A stretch of 61,417 nucleotides of DNA from Crocinitomicaceae bacterium (GCA_023254905.1 JALRKF010000006.1:1-61417), one strand, 5' to 3'; shown: positions 18,888-28,752, numbered from the stretch's first letter. Program-made: numbers and translations. Notes: generated from the sequence alone by a model not told the origin.

Positions 18888-20284
18888 TCCTTGTCTTTAA
18901 CAACCTGAGCAAGCATTTCTGCTTCAACAACAGGTTTTCCATTAACATAGCCTTGCCCTCCCATGTTTACTAATCCACGACGAATTGGTGACAGAAGATT
19001 GAGTTCAAAAACAATAGTATCGCCCGGAACAACTTTTTGTTTGAATTTGACCTTATCAATCTTCATGAAATATGTTGAGTAGAGATGTGGATCTTCCACT
19101 TTACTCAAGGCAAAGATACCCCCAACCTGAGCCATCGCTTCAATTTGAAGAACACCCGGGAAAACCGGATTACCGGGAAAATGACCCGTGAAAATAGGTT
19201 CGTTCATAGTAATATTCTTCACGCCAACTATAGACTCCTCTCCCATCTCCATGATCTTATCTACCATCAAGAATGGATATCTATGGGGAAGCATTTTTTC
19301 TATATCCTCAGTGGTGAACAATGGATCTTTCTCTAGATCAAACTTTCGACCTTTTCGTTGTTTTTGCTTCCAGTATTCTTTGAGAACCTTTGCAAATCGT
19401 ACATTGCCAGAGTGCCCTGGTCTTGCTGCTAGGATATGTGCTTTGATTGGTATACCAACAAGTGCGAGATCTCCAACGATATCGAGCAATTTATGTCTTG
19501 CCGGTTCATTTTCAAATTGTAGTTTCGTACTGTTCAAAACCCCTATTCCTTCAACATTCACTTCAAGATCCTCTTTCCCAAGTAATTTTGCTAATCGATC
19601 TAGTTCCTCATTACTAATATCATTTCTCTCTACCAAGACAATCGCATTGTCTAAGTCTCCACCCTTAATGAGGTCATTCTTGGCTAAGAATTCTAATTCC
19701 CTTAGAAACACAAATGTTCTACAAGATGAAATCTCTTCTTCAAATTCATCAATCTTGTACATAGTTGCGTGCTGTGTACCTAAAACAGGTGACTTGTAAT
19801 CAACCATTACTGTCAGCCTGTAATTAACATCAGGAACAGCCAGGAACTCAATACCCTTATCCAAATCTTCCCAAGGAATATTCTCCTCTAACTCTAAATA
19901 AACGCGTTCTTCATCCTGATCATCATAACCAACCGCTTGAATAGCTTGAACAAAGGGCTTAGAACTTCCGTCCATGATTGGAATCTCTGGACCATCCAAT
20001 TTAATCAATGCATTATCCACTTGACAACCATACAAAGCGGCGAGTAAATGTTCCGTTGTGTATACACGCGCACCATTCTGCTCCAATGTGGTTCCCCGAT
20101 CAGTCGCAACTACTAGATCACAATTGGCTTCAATAGTTGGTTCTCCATCGATATCGATACGCTGAAATTTATAGCCATGATTTCCTGCAGCAGGATGTAT
20201 CTCCAGCTGAACTTTTTCTCCAGTATGTAATCCAACGCCCGAAAGTTTTACAACCCCCTTTAATGTTCTTTGTTTCTCTGACAT
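18884..20284 (-). CDS. lpxC/fabZ: Bifunctional UDP-3-O-acyl-GlcNAc deacetylase / 3-hydroxyacyl-ACP dehydratase
   Basis: 466 aa. The N-terminal LpxC part shows GVGLHTG, TTEHLLAAL and HKLLDIVGDLAL. The C-terminal FabZ hotdog shows LPHRYPFLMVDKI and FTGHFPGNPVFPGVL. This fusion is typical of Bacteroidota. Confidence 0.95.
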   Translation of the reverse strand: MSEKQRTLKGVVKLSGVGLHTGEKVQLEIHPAAGNHGYKFQRIDIDGEPTIEANCDLVVATDRGTTLEQNGARVYTTEHLLAALYGCQVDNALIKLDGPEIPIMDGSSKPFVQAIQAVGYDDQDEERVYLELEENIPWEDLDKGIEFLAVPDVNYRLTVMVDYKSPVLGTQHATMYKIDEFEEEISSCRTFVFLRELEFLAKNDLIKGGDLDNAIVLVERNDISNEELDRLAKLLGKEDLEVNVEGIGVLNSTKLQFENEPARHKLLDIVGDLALVGIPIKAHILAARPGHSGNVRFAKVLKEYWKQKQRKGRKFDLEKDPLFTTEDIEKMLPHRYPFLMVDKIMEMGEESIVGVKNITMNEPIFTGHFPGNPVFPGVLQIEAMAQVGGIFALSKVEDPHLYSTYFMKIDKVKFKQKVVPGDTIVFELNLLSPIRRGLVNMGGQGYVNGKPVVEAEMLAQVVKDKE

Positions 20285-20289
20285 AAAGA

Positions 20290-21330
20290 CTAGTCTTTAG
20301 TTAGCTCCTTAATTTTATCTTCTAAAACTTTTAATCGGTCTAGGATCATCGGAAGTCTTCTGAAGCCTAAATACGATTTCTTGTAGTCATGTCCTTCAAA
20401 AGCAGGAGAACCCATCATTTTCTTGTCGTCCTTAACATCTCCAGCTACACCTGATTGAGCGGCAATCATTACACGATCTCCGATTTTCTGATGCCCTGCA
20501 AAACCTACTTGACCTCCTACCATAACATTACTGCCAATCTTGGCAGAACCAGCAACTCCTACTTGAGCAGCCATTGCCGAATTATTACCTATTTCAACAT
20601 TATGACCTATCTGAACCAAGTTATCAATCTTCGAACCAGCACGAATAATAGTACTGCCCATTGTGGCTCTATCTACAGCTGAATTCGCTCCGATATCTAC
20701 ATTATCTTCCAGTATAACATTCCCAATTTGTGGAATACGATCGAACTCACCTTTGCTATTGGGCGCGAAGCCAAATCCATCTGCCCCAATAACAGCACCG
20801 GAATGAATAGTGCAGTTTTTGCCTATTATACAATCTCTGTATACTGTTACACCTGGATAAATCTTTGTTCCTTCACCAATAATCACATTGTCACCAATGT
20901 TTACATTCGGATAAATACTGACTCCGGTTGAAATCTTAACATTTCTGCCCACATAGCTAAATGCACCCAAATAAACACCTTCCCCGATTTCTGCAGATTC
21001 TGCAATAAAAGATGGTTCTTCAATTCGAGGCTCCTCTTTTCTCATCGTATCATAAAACTCTAAAAGTTTGGCAAAACATGCATAAGCATCAGAAACTTTG
21101 ATTAGAGTTAATGTCGACGGTATTTTTTTTGAAGGATTGAAATTATTGTTCACAATGCATATACTCGACTCGGTAGTGTAGATATACTCTTCGTATTTAG
21201 GATTCGAAAGAAATGATAGAGTGCCTATTTTGCCTTCCTCAATTTTCGAGAGACCTGTGACTTCTACATCGGGGTTCCCTAAAATTTCTCCCTCTAAAAT
21301 ACCTGCTATTTGTTCAGCCGAAAATTTCAT
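20290..21330 (-). CDS. lpxD: UDP-3-O-acylglucosamine N-acyltransferase
   Basis: 346 aa. It has an N-terminal LpxD domain (FSAEQIAGIL...), long hexapeptide repeats and a C-terminal helix. Confidence 0.92.
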   Translation of the reverse strand: MKFSAEQIAGILEGEILGNPDVEVTGLSKIEEGKIGTLSFLSNPKYEEYIYTTESSICIVNNNFNPSKKIPSTLTLIKVSDAYACFAKLLEFYDTMRKEEPRIEEPSFIAESAEIGEGVYLGAFSYVGRNVKISTGVSIYPNVNIGDNVIIGEGTKIYPGVTVYRDCIIGKNCTIHSGAVIGADGFGFAPNSKGEFDRIPQIGNVILEDNVDIGANSAVDRATMGSTIIRAGSKIDNLVQIGHNVEIGNNSAMAAQVGVAGSAKIGSNVMVGGQVGFAGHQKIGDRVMIAAQSGVAGDVKDDKKMMGSPAFEGHDYKKSYLGFRRLPMILDRLKVLEDKIKELTKD

Positions 21331-21334
21331 AAGT

Positions 21335-21342
21335 CAAAAATA
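21335..21342 (-). promoter_or_regulatory. -7 promoter box TATTTTTG, 4 nt upstream of the lpxD ATG (predicted leaderless)
   Basis: It is an exact TAnnTTTG on the minus strand. The gap to the ATG at 21330 is ACTT. Confidence 0.45.
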
Positions 21343-21397
21343 TCAATTTCAATTAGGTCTTTAAATAGTTAACGAGGTAATTATTAACACTATCGGT

Positions 21398-22087
21398 TTA
21401 ATTTGCTTTTGTGTAACAATCTGATCCTTGGACATCCATGTAATGAATATTAATCTTGTTTTTATACCACATAGCCTGAAGTCCAACGGTAATGGTGTCT
21501 AATTCAAAAATCATGTAGTGATCAGCTTTTGGTCTCATATTTAAATCTGTACGACTAAAGTCGATCTTTCCACTTGTCTTTAATCCCTCCAGGATCTTTC
21601 TTGGGTTGATTAAGCCAAGTTCACTCTGTAAGCATGTAAGTAATTTTGATGAGTCCACAAAAACCAAATTACTATCCAAGGGATAACGTAAAATATTCCC
21701 TAGGCCAGCAATAGATGGTTTTACATTATCGACATTGGTTGCGATACCAGCCTCAGAAATAAAACTTTCAAATGGAAGTGTAAAAAAGAATTTCTTTCCG
21801 TTATTCTCGATAATATATGTTTTTGACTCGAGCTCTTTTTCACTTTGATCAAAAAGTACATCTCCATCATTCAATACGCCAATGAGATCATCCGCTGATA
21901 TGCCATTAACTGTCAGTGTATTAAGCATTGAATCTGATACAACGATTAATCGATCCAAAATGGCATTCTTAACTCTGTTTTCCGGAAGCCAAGAGCAACC
22001 GCGATTTCTAAAAAAGAAGAAAACAAAAATAATCCCGAGACCAAATCCGATCCCATAATACTTTAACCTTCTAAAAAATGAATCCAT
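21398..22087 (-). CDS. Membrane-anchored protein, unknown function
   Basis: The track ORF extends to 22144, but that extension runs through the trxA terminator hairpin. The ATG at 22087 gives MDSFFRRLKYYGIGFGLGIIFVFFFFRNRG, an N-terminal TM anchor. Confidence 0.6.
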   Translation of the reverse strand: MDSFFRRLKYYGIGFGLGIIFVFFFFRNRGCSWLPENRVKNAILDRLIVVSDSMLNTLTVNGISADDLIGVLNDGDVLFDQSEKELESKTYIIENNGKKFFFTLPFESFISEAGIATNVDNVKPSIAGLGNILRYPLDSNLVFVDSSKLLTCLQSELGLINPRKILEGLKTSGKIDFSRTDLNMRPKADHYMIFELDTITVGLQAMWYKNKINIHYMDVQGSDCYTKAN

Positions 22088-22112
22088 CGATAATGTTTCC
22101 GCGAAGATAATA

Positions 22113-22141
22113 CAAAAAAAGCCGCTCATTTGAACGGCTTT
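22113..22141 (-). terminator. Rho-independent terminator of trxA
   Basis: On the minus strand, AAAGCCG-TTCAAATGAG-CGGCTTT is followed by TTTTTGTATT. It lies 22 nt after the trxA stop. Confidence 0.7.
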
Positions 22142-22162
22142 CATCTATTCTTAAGTCTAAAT

Positions 22163-22480
22163 TTAAACTAACTCATTCAATTTTTGAGTCAATTGCGCTT
22201 TAGGAACTGCACCTACCGATTTATCAACTACCTCACCGTTTTTGATAAATAATACTGTTGGAATATTTCTCACTCCAAATTGAGCAGAAACACCTGGATT
22301 ACTATCTACATCAACCTTTCCCACGAGTGCCTTCCCATCGTATTCGGTAGCCATTTCTTCAATGATGGGTCCAATCATTCTGCATGGACCACACCAAGCC
22401 GCCCAAAAATCAACCACTACGGGCTTATCAGAATTCATAACTACTTCTTCAAAATTCCCATCTGTAATTTCTAATGCCAT
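22163..22480 (-). CDS. trxA: Thioredoxin
   Basis: 105 aa with the WCGPC active site. Confidence 0.97.
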   Translation of the reverse strand: MALEITDGNFEEVVMNSDKPVVVDFWAAWCGPCRMIGPIIEEMATEYDGKALVGKVDVDSNPGVSAQFGVRNIPTVLFIKNGEVVDKSVGAVPKAQLTQKLNELV

Positions 22481-22516
22481 AACTATTCTTTTCGTTTATT
22501 TTATTTCGCCTTAAAG

Positions 22517-22524
22517 CAAATTTA
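22517..22524 (-). promoter_or_regulatory. -7 promoter box TAAATTTG for trxA
   Basis: It is an exact TAnnTTTG on the minus strand, 36 nt upstream of the ATG at 22480. Confidence 0.4.
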
Positions 22525-22583
22525 GTTTTTTCTATTAGGTATCAATTATTTTACCATTCAAATATTTTTGTCAAATTGTCATG

Positions 22584-22982
22584 CTAGTTATTTTGAATAC
22601 GCATTTTTTTGGTTGTCTTCTGATTTTCTGTGATCAACGCATAAAAATAATTACCATCGTGGACACCTGACGTATCAAACCTAACAATATTTCCTCCTTT
22701 AGTAAACCTACCTTCTTTTATTACTAGAATTTCATTCATATCTTGATCCAAAAGAAGAATTTTCGCATCTCGCTCATGTTGCGAGGTAAAATATATTTCC
22801 ACTTCTCCGCAAACGCTATCAGAATCTAGAGAATATAACACGCAATAATCTTTCGTATTCATGTTATCTCTATCAAACCGCTTAAGAAGTCTTTTATAGA
22901 TCAGAATGGAAAGAGTTATTATTGAAAGAGTCAAGAGTATCCACATTCCAATCTCGGTCCAGTTGTAAGTATATAATGACAT
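22584..22982 (-). CDS. Single-pass membrane protein with a small beta-rich C-terminal domain, unknown function
   Basis: 132 aa. It has the TM segment IGMWILLTLSIITLSILIY. The C-terminal GNIVRFDTSGVHDGNYFYALITENQ resembles FlgD-Ig or T9SS-CTD-like beta sandwiches; this impression is weak. Confidence 0.5.
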   Translation of the reverse strand: MSLYTYNWTEIGMWILLTLSIITLSILIYKRLLKRFDRDNMNTKDYCVLYSLDSDSVCGEVEIYFTSQHERDAKILLLDQDMNEILVIKEGRFTKGGNIVRFDTSGVHDGNYFYALITENQKTTKKMRIQNN

Positions 22983-22984
22983 AT

Positions 22985-23257
22985 TTAAAGTGCAATTAAA
23001 CCTTTTATGTTAGAGGCCTCTTTATATCTTTGTATCACTGATTCTGGAGATATCATCATTTCTTTGGCACCAACACTTATATATCTCCCATTCTTCGATT
23101 GCTGAAGCCTCAGATCTGTACCCTCATCGAACAATGCTGTTACCTTAGCTACGAGCTCAGAGTCATTTGGAACTATGAACTTGAAAAAATATATTTCGGG
23201 CCAATTCATATTCTCTAGCTGCATACGTAACTTCTCGTATGAATCTGAATCACTCAT
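22985..23257 (-). CDS. DUF493 (YbeD-like) protein
   Basis: 90 aa. The IYFFKFIVPND...VAKVTALF pattern matches YbeD-like proteins as I recall them. Confidence 0.6.
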   Translation of the reverse strand: MSDSDSYEKLRMQLENMNWPEIYFFKFIVPNDSELVAKVTALFDEGTDLRLQQSKNGRYISVGAKEMMISPESVIQRYKEASNIKGLIAL

Positions 23258-23807
23258 AACCGTTGTATTTTAACCACAAAAATAGTCTTTTCGTTTCCTT
23301 CTGCAGCAATTCATTCTGCTCAACTTTACCATTCGAACCGTTAATTGCTTGTATGAGATCCATGGGGTCAAACTCAATCGATGCCATTATGCTCTCATCT
23401 CCTTCCACGGCACCAGCCAAGCGAGTCCAGGATAAAGCATAGTTTTTATACATTAAAAGGGCTTTCTCCATTAACTTTTTCAATGAATTGAGACTGTTGG
23501 AATGATGAATACGCCTCTTCCAATTTGACATATTTCTTTGATGATTTCGAAGACATTCAGCAAGGTCAATGGGGTTGTCTGACATGTCGAATTCCAATTC
23601 AATTGTTTCATCAACACACGTTTCGCCAAGAGTCTCGATTGCATTTTGAATGCGCTCCATCTGCACAATTTTATTTTGATACGTTTTCACAAATGGCACT
23701 TTAAGAAGGAGGTACTGTTTAATCTCAAACAGCTTTTGTTCTTGAGCGTCACCCATATCATCAAACTCATCCAAATTCAATATTAATCTAGCTTCCTCTG
23801 TTGTCAT
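23250..23807 (-). CDS. Hypothetical cytoplasmic protein
   Basis: 185 aa with no recognisable motif. It overlaps the TerC gene by ATGA and the DUF493 gene by 8 nt, which supports it as coding. Confidence 0.5.
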   Translation of the reverse strand: MTTEEARLILNLDEFDDMGDAQEQKLFEIKQYLLLKVPFVKTYQNKIVQMERIQNAIETLGETCVDETIELEFDMSDNPIDLAECLRNHQRNMSNWKRRIHHSNSLNSLKKLMEKALLMYKNYALSWTRLAGAVEGDESIMASIEFDPMDLIQAINGSNGKVEQNELLQKETKRLFLWLKYNGYE

Positions 23808-24577
23808 TCAACTTCACTATTGTTTTGACGCATACGAATATTCAACAATTCAACGCATAATGAATAAACTAGGGCGAAGTATATGTATCCCTTTGGCACA
23901 TGCTGACCGAACGCCTCTGCGACGAGCACTACGCCAATTGTAACAAGGAACCCCAGTGCGATCATTTTAATTGTTGGTCTACTATTGATGAATTGAGAAA
24001 TTGATTTCGCAAACAAAAGCATGACAACCATCGAGATTATTACAGCAAGATAAATAACTATCATCGGATCTGCTCCGGTTTGCTTTTCAAGACCATTTGT
24101 CATACCGATTGCAGATATGATCGAATCAAAGCTGAATACGATATCTATTAAAATTATTTGAGTTATTACACCAGAAAGAGTTTCTTTGATATTTTGAATT
24201 TCTGAGTGGTCACCTGTTATAGTCTCCCTCATTTCGACCGTGCTTTTATAAATCAGAAATAACCCTCCAAATAAAAGAACCATACTTTGTCCAGTGAAAG
24301 GTGTATCAAATATTGTGAAAAGCGTCTTAGTCATTCCCATTATCCAAGCAACTACAGTCAATAAAAATAAACGGACAATCAATGCCAATGCTAATCCTAC
24401 ATTTCTTGCTCTCCTTTGATTTTGTGGGGGTAGACGATCCGTAACAATCGAAATAAAAATAATATTATCAATTCCCAATACAATTTCGAGGACGGAGAGA
24501 ATTAATAAATAAACAATTCCGTCCCATGTTAGTAAAATTGAAAAGTCCATTAATGCGAAATTTAGTCGAAAACTCAA
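23804..24577 (-). CDS. TerC family integral membrane protein
   Basis: 257 aa and multi-TM. LGIDNIIFISIV and FSFDSIISAIGMT match the paired TerC signature repeats. Confidence 0.8.
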   Translation of the reverse strand: MSFRLNFALMDFSILLTWDGIVYLLILSVLEIVLGIDNIIFISIVTDRLPPQNQRRARNVGLALALIVRLFLLTVVAWIMGMTKTLFTIFDTPFTGQSMVLLFGGLFLIYKSTVEMRETITGDHSEIQNIKETLSGVITQIILIDIVFSFDSIISAIGMTNGLEKQTGADPMIVIYLAVIISMVVMLLFAKSISQFINSRPTIKMIALGFLVTIGVVLVAEAFGQHVPKGYIYFALVYSLCVELLNIRMRQNNSEVE

Positions 24578-24579
24578 TA

Positions 24580-26268
24580 CTATATCCAGGTTTTAGCTTC
24601 CTGAAAATAATTTTTTAAAACTTTATCATTTCTGCTCGAATCAGTAAATACCTCCAATAAATCAGGTCTTCCAACTCCAAAATCCTTAAAAAATGTTGAA
24701 AGCTCGCCCTGTAAACCAGTATCATCTGAAACAGAACGATAATTAATATTGAAAGCCCTACAAATATGTTCTGCAGTTTGTTCGTGCTTTGCTTCAAAGT
24801 ACTCTTCCAATTGAGGGGTACTAGAGGGACCATCAATTATCTTAAAGATACCACCGCCATTATTATTCACTAAAATAATTTTCACATTGCCCAGTAAATA
24901 TTTAGTCCACAAAGCATTACTGTCGTACAAGAATGAAATATCTCCAGTAACAAGGACATTTAAATTTTCCGGCATCTTAAAGGCAAAGCCTAACGCGGTA
25001 CTTGTACTACCATCAATACCGCTTGTTCCGCGATTGCCATAATATTTAGCATCCTGTACAGGGTCAAAAAGCTGACAATATCTCACAACAGAGCTATTGG
25101 CCATATGCAGGTAAGTGCCGTTTGGTAAAAACTGATTAATCCAATGAAATACCTTGAGATCTGAAAATTCAATGCTGTCCAAGTATAAATCTTGATGATC
25201 CTTGACAAGGAAGTCCAATTGTTTCCATTTGGAACCAAAATTTGAATGATATTTTCGCATTTCTTTCTTCTGAAGTATTTTGAGAATATCAAATGGAGAG
25301 GCAAAAATATGCTGGGTAAGATGGCGATATGTATCCATTTCGGGAAACTCAAATCCCACCCTGAAATGCTTAAGTCCTTTTGTATTTCGAAGAAAGGTTT
25401 TAATCCTTTTGGAGATCACCGCGCCCCCAAAAGTCAGCAATAGATCAGGTTTGAATTCATCCCATTGATCCTCTGGAATAACGTTCAATGATCTATCAAT
25501 ACAATGATTTAGCCTCGATCCGGATAGATTGGATGTATTCTCTACTAACACGCAAATCGACGGATCCAAGGAAAGATCGTTAATCAATTTCTCTGTACCT
25601 ACATCTCTATCCATTTGACCAACCAATACCATAATCTTTTTTGCAGCTTTCCATTCTTTTTTGAATGCTCGAAGAGATTCTGCTCGGAATGGTTCTATTC
25701 CAACGTTGAATGGAAAGACTTCGGACGCAGTTACCTCAGCAGTATCATATAACGGCTCTGCAAATGGAAGATTAAAATGTACCGGACCTCTCCACCCCGA
25801 TATTGCATTTCTTAAGAGTTCTTCAATCTTCTCCGCATATACACCCTTCTCCTTTGCACTTTCTGGAATTACCAATTCACCATGCACATGATTGTAATAG
25901 ACCCCTTTTTGAACGATTGTCTGACCATCACCATGATTAATCCATTCCTCTGGACGATCAGCGGTCATAATGATCAGTGGTACGCATTGATAATAAGCTT
26001 CAGCTATAGCAGGGTAATAATTTAGCATCGCTGATCCCGAAGTACATGTTAATCCCACCGGTTCACGGGTAGCTAATGAAATACCTAAGGCGTAAAAAGC
26101 TGCTACGCGTTCATCATGTATTACAAGTGTTTCAATATCTGGATGCGAATCTGCTGATATAACAATCGGTGCATTTCTTGAGCCAGGAGAACAGACAATG
26201 GTTTTCATGCCAGCTGCAAGACATCTCTTTAATAGGATTTGAACACTCGATTTGTCAGAAGCAATCAT
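24580..26268 (-). CDS. menD: 2-succinyl-5-enolpyruvyl-6-hydroxy-3-cyclohexene-1-carboxylate synthase
   Basis: 562 aa ThDP enzyme. It shows SPGSRNAP, TSGSAMLNYYPAIAEA, ADRP and GTSGIDGSTSTALG...GDISFLYDSNAL. Confidence 0.9.
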   Translation of the reverse strand: MIASDKSSVQILLKRCLAAGMKTIVCSPGSRNAPIVISADSHPDIETLVIHDERVAAFYALGISLATREPVGLTCTSGSAMLNYYPAIAEAYYQCVPLIIMTADRPEEWINHGDGQTIVQKGVYYNHVHGELVIPESAKEKGVYAEKIEELLRNAISGWRGPVHFNLPFAEPLYDTAEVTASEVFPFNVGIEPFRAESLRAFKKEWKAAKKIMVLVGQMDRDVGTEKLINDLSLDPSICVLVENTSNLSGSRLNHCIDRSLNVIPEDQWDEFKPDLLLTFGGAVISKRIKTFLRNTKGLKHFRVGFEFPEMDTYRHLTQHIFASPFDILKILQKKEMRKYHSNFGSKWKQLDFLVKDHQDLYLDSIEFSDLKVFHWINQFLPNGTYLHMANSSVVRYCQLFDPVQDAKYYGNRGTSGIDGSTSTALGFAFKMPENLNVLVTGDISFLYDSNALWTKYLLGNVKIILVNNNGGGIFKIIDGPSSTPQLEEYFEAKHEQTAEHICRAFNINYRSVSDDTGLQGELSTFFKDFGVGRPDLLEVFTDSSRNDKVLKNYFQEAKTWI

Positions 26269-26277
26269 TTCGCAAAA

Positions 26278-27225
26278 CTACAAGTTTTCTATAACCTCCA
26301 TAAGGGTTTTTGCCTTATTTTCTGTTTCGTCCCATTCGTTTTCTACTACAGAGTCCTTCGTATATCCACCTCCTAAATATAAGTAAGCATTGTTGCCAAT
26401 TATTTGCAGGCAACGTAGATTGACATAAACATTCACGGTTTCCTCAATAAGACCTAAAAACCCGGTATATAAAAGTCTATCATGATACTCAAATCTTTTG
26501 ATTAAGTCTATTGCTTCGAAACGTGGTGAGCCAGAAACTGCTGGTGTTGGATGCAGAACATCAATGAGTTGCATCGCATCATTACCTCTTATCGATGTAA
26601 ATTTAGTTCGAAGGTGTTTTACTGGCCCGGCAATAAGTTCACTCCTGTTCTGTAATGAAAATGAAATACAAAGTTGATTTAATTCGTCTTCAATAAAACG
26701 TGTAACCATATCCTGCTCGGCTACTTCCTTTTCATTCCATTCTGTTATATCATCAGCTGATTTCGTGGAGGCCAATGCTACAGTTTCAAAATCTTGATTT
26801 CTTCCCTCAATAAGTTTTTCCGGTGTAGCACCAATCCAGTGACCGAGAGTATGACTTATTATCTCGTACACGAAAGCATTCGGATATTTGATGCATAAAG
26901 CTTCAAACAATTTGTCTTTAGCGGAGCTCTTGATCGACACTTTTTTGATTCTGGAGAGAACAGCCTTACCAAGATCCAATTCTTTTATCTCTCGAAGAAA
27001 TTTATCCCCATTAGTCAAATACTCTTCTCTTGATAAAACCGCAGGTGGCTTAATATCAATTGATTCATTCACAGATGTTCCTGAATGGAATGCAAAAAGA
27101 TTCTTCTTTAAGAAATCTGATACCACGAACCCACTGAAATCTTCCAAGTTTTTGTGGACTAAGAAGGCTCCTTTTTCTGTTACAATACTATTGCCTGGTA
27201 TTCGATATTTTAGACTATCATACAT
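26278..27225 (-). CDS. menF: Isochorismate synthase (short chorismate-binding form)
   Basis: 315 aa. Chorismate-utilising enzyme motifs LHPTPAVSG, YTGFLG and GGGYTKDS are present, and the gene lies upstream of menD. Confidence 0.75.
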   Translation of the reverse strand: MYDSLKYRIPGNSIVTEKGAFLVHKNLEDFSGFVVSDFLKKNLFAFHSGTSVNESIDIKPPAVLSREEYLTNGDKFLREIKELDLGKAVLSRIKKVSIKSSAKDKLFEALCIKYPNAFVYEIISHTLGHWIGATPEKLIEGRNQDFETVALASTKSADDITEWNEKEVAEQDMVTRFIEDELNQLCISFSLQNRSELIAGPVKHLRTKFTSIRGNDAMQLIDVLHPTPAVSGSPRFEAIDLIKRFEYHDRLLYTGFLGLIEETVNVYVNLRCLQIIGNNAYLYLGGGYTKDSVVENEWDETENKAKTLMEVIENL

Positions 27226-27645
27226 CTACCTTGGAACAATCATAACAGTTAATCTCCCTGAGCAAAGTAATTTATCCGTGCTCAAATCTCGAATATCCAC
27301 CTGCCATACATGTGTTCTCTTTCCACAATGAATAATCTTTCCTATGCCTTCTACCCTTCCAGATTTTATCCCTCCCATGTGATTAGCATTGATCTCTAAT
27401 CCTACGGGGACTTCTTTTTCAATATCCAAAAGTAAGGTAGAGCCCATTGAACCAATACTTTCAATCAATACTGCACTCGCGCCACCATGCAACAGCCCCA
27501 TCGGTTGATGAGTTCGATTGTCCACTGGCATCGTAGCTTTCAAGTAATCATCGCCTAATTCGGTACATTTAATATCTAATAACTCCATGAGAGTATTTTT
27601 GCTCATCGAATTGATGAGTTCAACAGGAACTTGTTTCAACTTCAT
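27226..27645 (-). CDS. PaaI/YdiI-type hotdog thioesterase (candidate 1,4-dihydroxy-2-naphthoyl-CoA hydrolase)
   Basis: 139 aa. It has the GLLHGGASAVLIES motif of PaaI-family thioesterases and is the first gene of the men operon. Confidence 0.7.
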   Translation of the reverse strand: MKLKQVPVELINSMSKNTLMELLDIKCTELGDDYLKATMPVDNRTHQPMGLLHGGASAVLIESIGSMGSTLLLDIEKEVPVGLEINANHMGGIKSGRVEGIGKIIHCGKRTHVWQVDIRDLSTDKLLCSGRLTVMIVPR

Positions 27646-27649
27646 AGAA

Positions 27650-27657
27650 CAAAAATA
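27650..27657 (-). promoter_or_regulatory. -7 promoter box TATTTTTG, 4 nt upstream of the thioesterase/men operon ATG (predicted leaderless)
   Basis: It is an exact TAnnTTTG on the minus strand. The gap to the ATG at 27645 is TTCT. Confidence 0.45.
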
Positions 27658-27732
27658 GTGGTGTGAAGCTGATTTAACAACTTGTAGTTAATGAATAATA
27701 TAACAATCTAGAAAATAGTTTAGGATATGAAG

Positions 27733-27740
27733 TAATTTTG
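27733..27740 (+). promoter_or_regulatory. -7 promoter box TAATTTTG, 4 nt upstream of the murB ATG (predicted leaderless)
   Basis: It is an exact TAnnTTTG. The gap to the ATG at 27745 is AAAT. Confidence 0.45.
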
Positions 27741-27744
27741 AAAT

Positions 27745-28752
27745 ATGTCAGTAACGGAAAATAACGTTAAAAAATACACCACCTTTGGTGTTGATGCAAA
27801 TGCTAATGAAGTTTATACCTTTTCCAATATTGATCGCTTAAAAACTTTATTAAATAAGTATTCTAAAGAAAGGCACTTAATACTTGGAGGAGGCAGCAAC
27901 GTGTTATTTACCGAAGATTTTGATGGTGTCATTTTGATCAACAAGATTTTAGGGATTGAAACCGTTTTTGAGGATAATGAGTCGATTCACCTCAAAGTAG
28001 GTGCCGGTATAGTGTGGCATAAATTCGTACTTCATTGCGTAAATGAAGAGCTTGGAGGAGTTGAAAATCTTTCTTTTATACCCGGAAGTGTTGGGGCGAG
28101 TCCCATGCAGAATATCGGCGCGTATGGTGTTGAGATAAAAAATGTCTTCGTCGAATTGGAAGCTATTAACAAGGAATCAATGGAAATCGAAAGATTCGAT
28201 AAATCCAGTTGTAAATTTGGGTACAGAGAAAGTGTTTTTAAAAGAGAATTAAAAGACAAGTATGTTATAACCTCTGTTACATTCAGACTTTCTAAAAAAC
28301 CGAAGATTAATTCATCCTATGGAGCGATCAATGAAGAACTTCGGTCTCGAGGAATTAAAAATCCTACCATCAAGGATATTTCAGAGGTGGTAATTGCGAT
28401 TCGTCAAAGTAAGCTTCCTGACCCAAAAAAAATCGGAAATGCTGGAAGCTTCTTTAAGAACCCCATAGTAACTAAAAACATTCTCGATTCGATTCAAGAA
28501 AAATTTTCGGAGGTACCGAATTATCCTGTTGATGATGAGCATGTAAAGTTGGCTGCGGGTTGGTTAATCGAAAAAGCTGGTTGGAAAGGTAAAACATTTG
28601 ATACGTATGGTGTTCATAAGAAACAAGCGCTTGTCCTTGTCAATTATGGAGGAGCAAATGGAAATGAAATATTTAAGCTCTCTGAGCAAATAATTTTTGA
28701 TATCAAATCAAAATTCGGGATTACATTAGAGAGAGAGGTGAATATAATCTAA
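27745..28752 (+). CDS. murB: UDP-N-acetylenolpyruvoylglucosamine reductase
   Basis: 335 aa. It has an FAD-binding domain (LGGGSNVLF, PGSVGASPMQNIGAYG) and C-terminal GNAGSFFKNP and AAGWLIEKAGWKG. Confidence 0.95.
   Translation: MSVTENNVKKYTTFGVDANANEVYTFSNIDRLKTLLNKYSKERHLILGGGSNVLFTEDFDGVILINKILGIETVFEDNESIHLKVGAGIVWHKFVLHCVNEELGGVENLSFIPGSVGASPMQNIGAYGVEIKNVFVELEAINKESMEIERFDKSSCKFGYRESVFKRELKDKYVITSVTFRLSKKPKINSSYGAINEELRSRGIKNPTIKDISEVVIAIRQSKLPDPKKIGNAGSFFKNPIVTKNILDSIQEKFSEVPNYPVDDEHVKLAAGWLIEKAGWKGKTFDTYGVHKKQALVLVNYGGANGNEIFKLSEQIIFDIKSKFGITLEREVNII

Noticed and set aside
19188-19799. A 203-aa plus-strand ORF, the longest unassigned ORF in the track
   Set aside because: It is entirely antisense to the strongly supported lpxC/fabZ gene. 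Its Ser/Phe/Ile-rich low-complexity composition is typical of the reverse frame of an AT-rich coding region.
26888-27331. A 147-aa plus-strand ORF spanning the menF/thioesterase junction
   Set aside because: It is antisense to two motif-supported genes that abut with zero spacing, so it is a shadow ORF.
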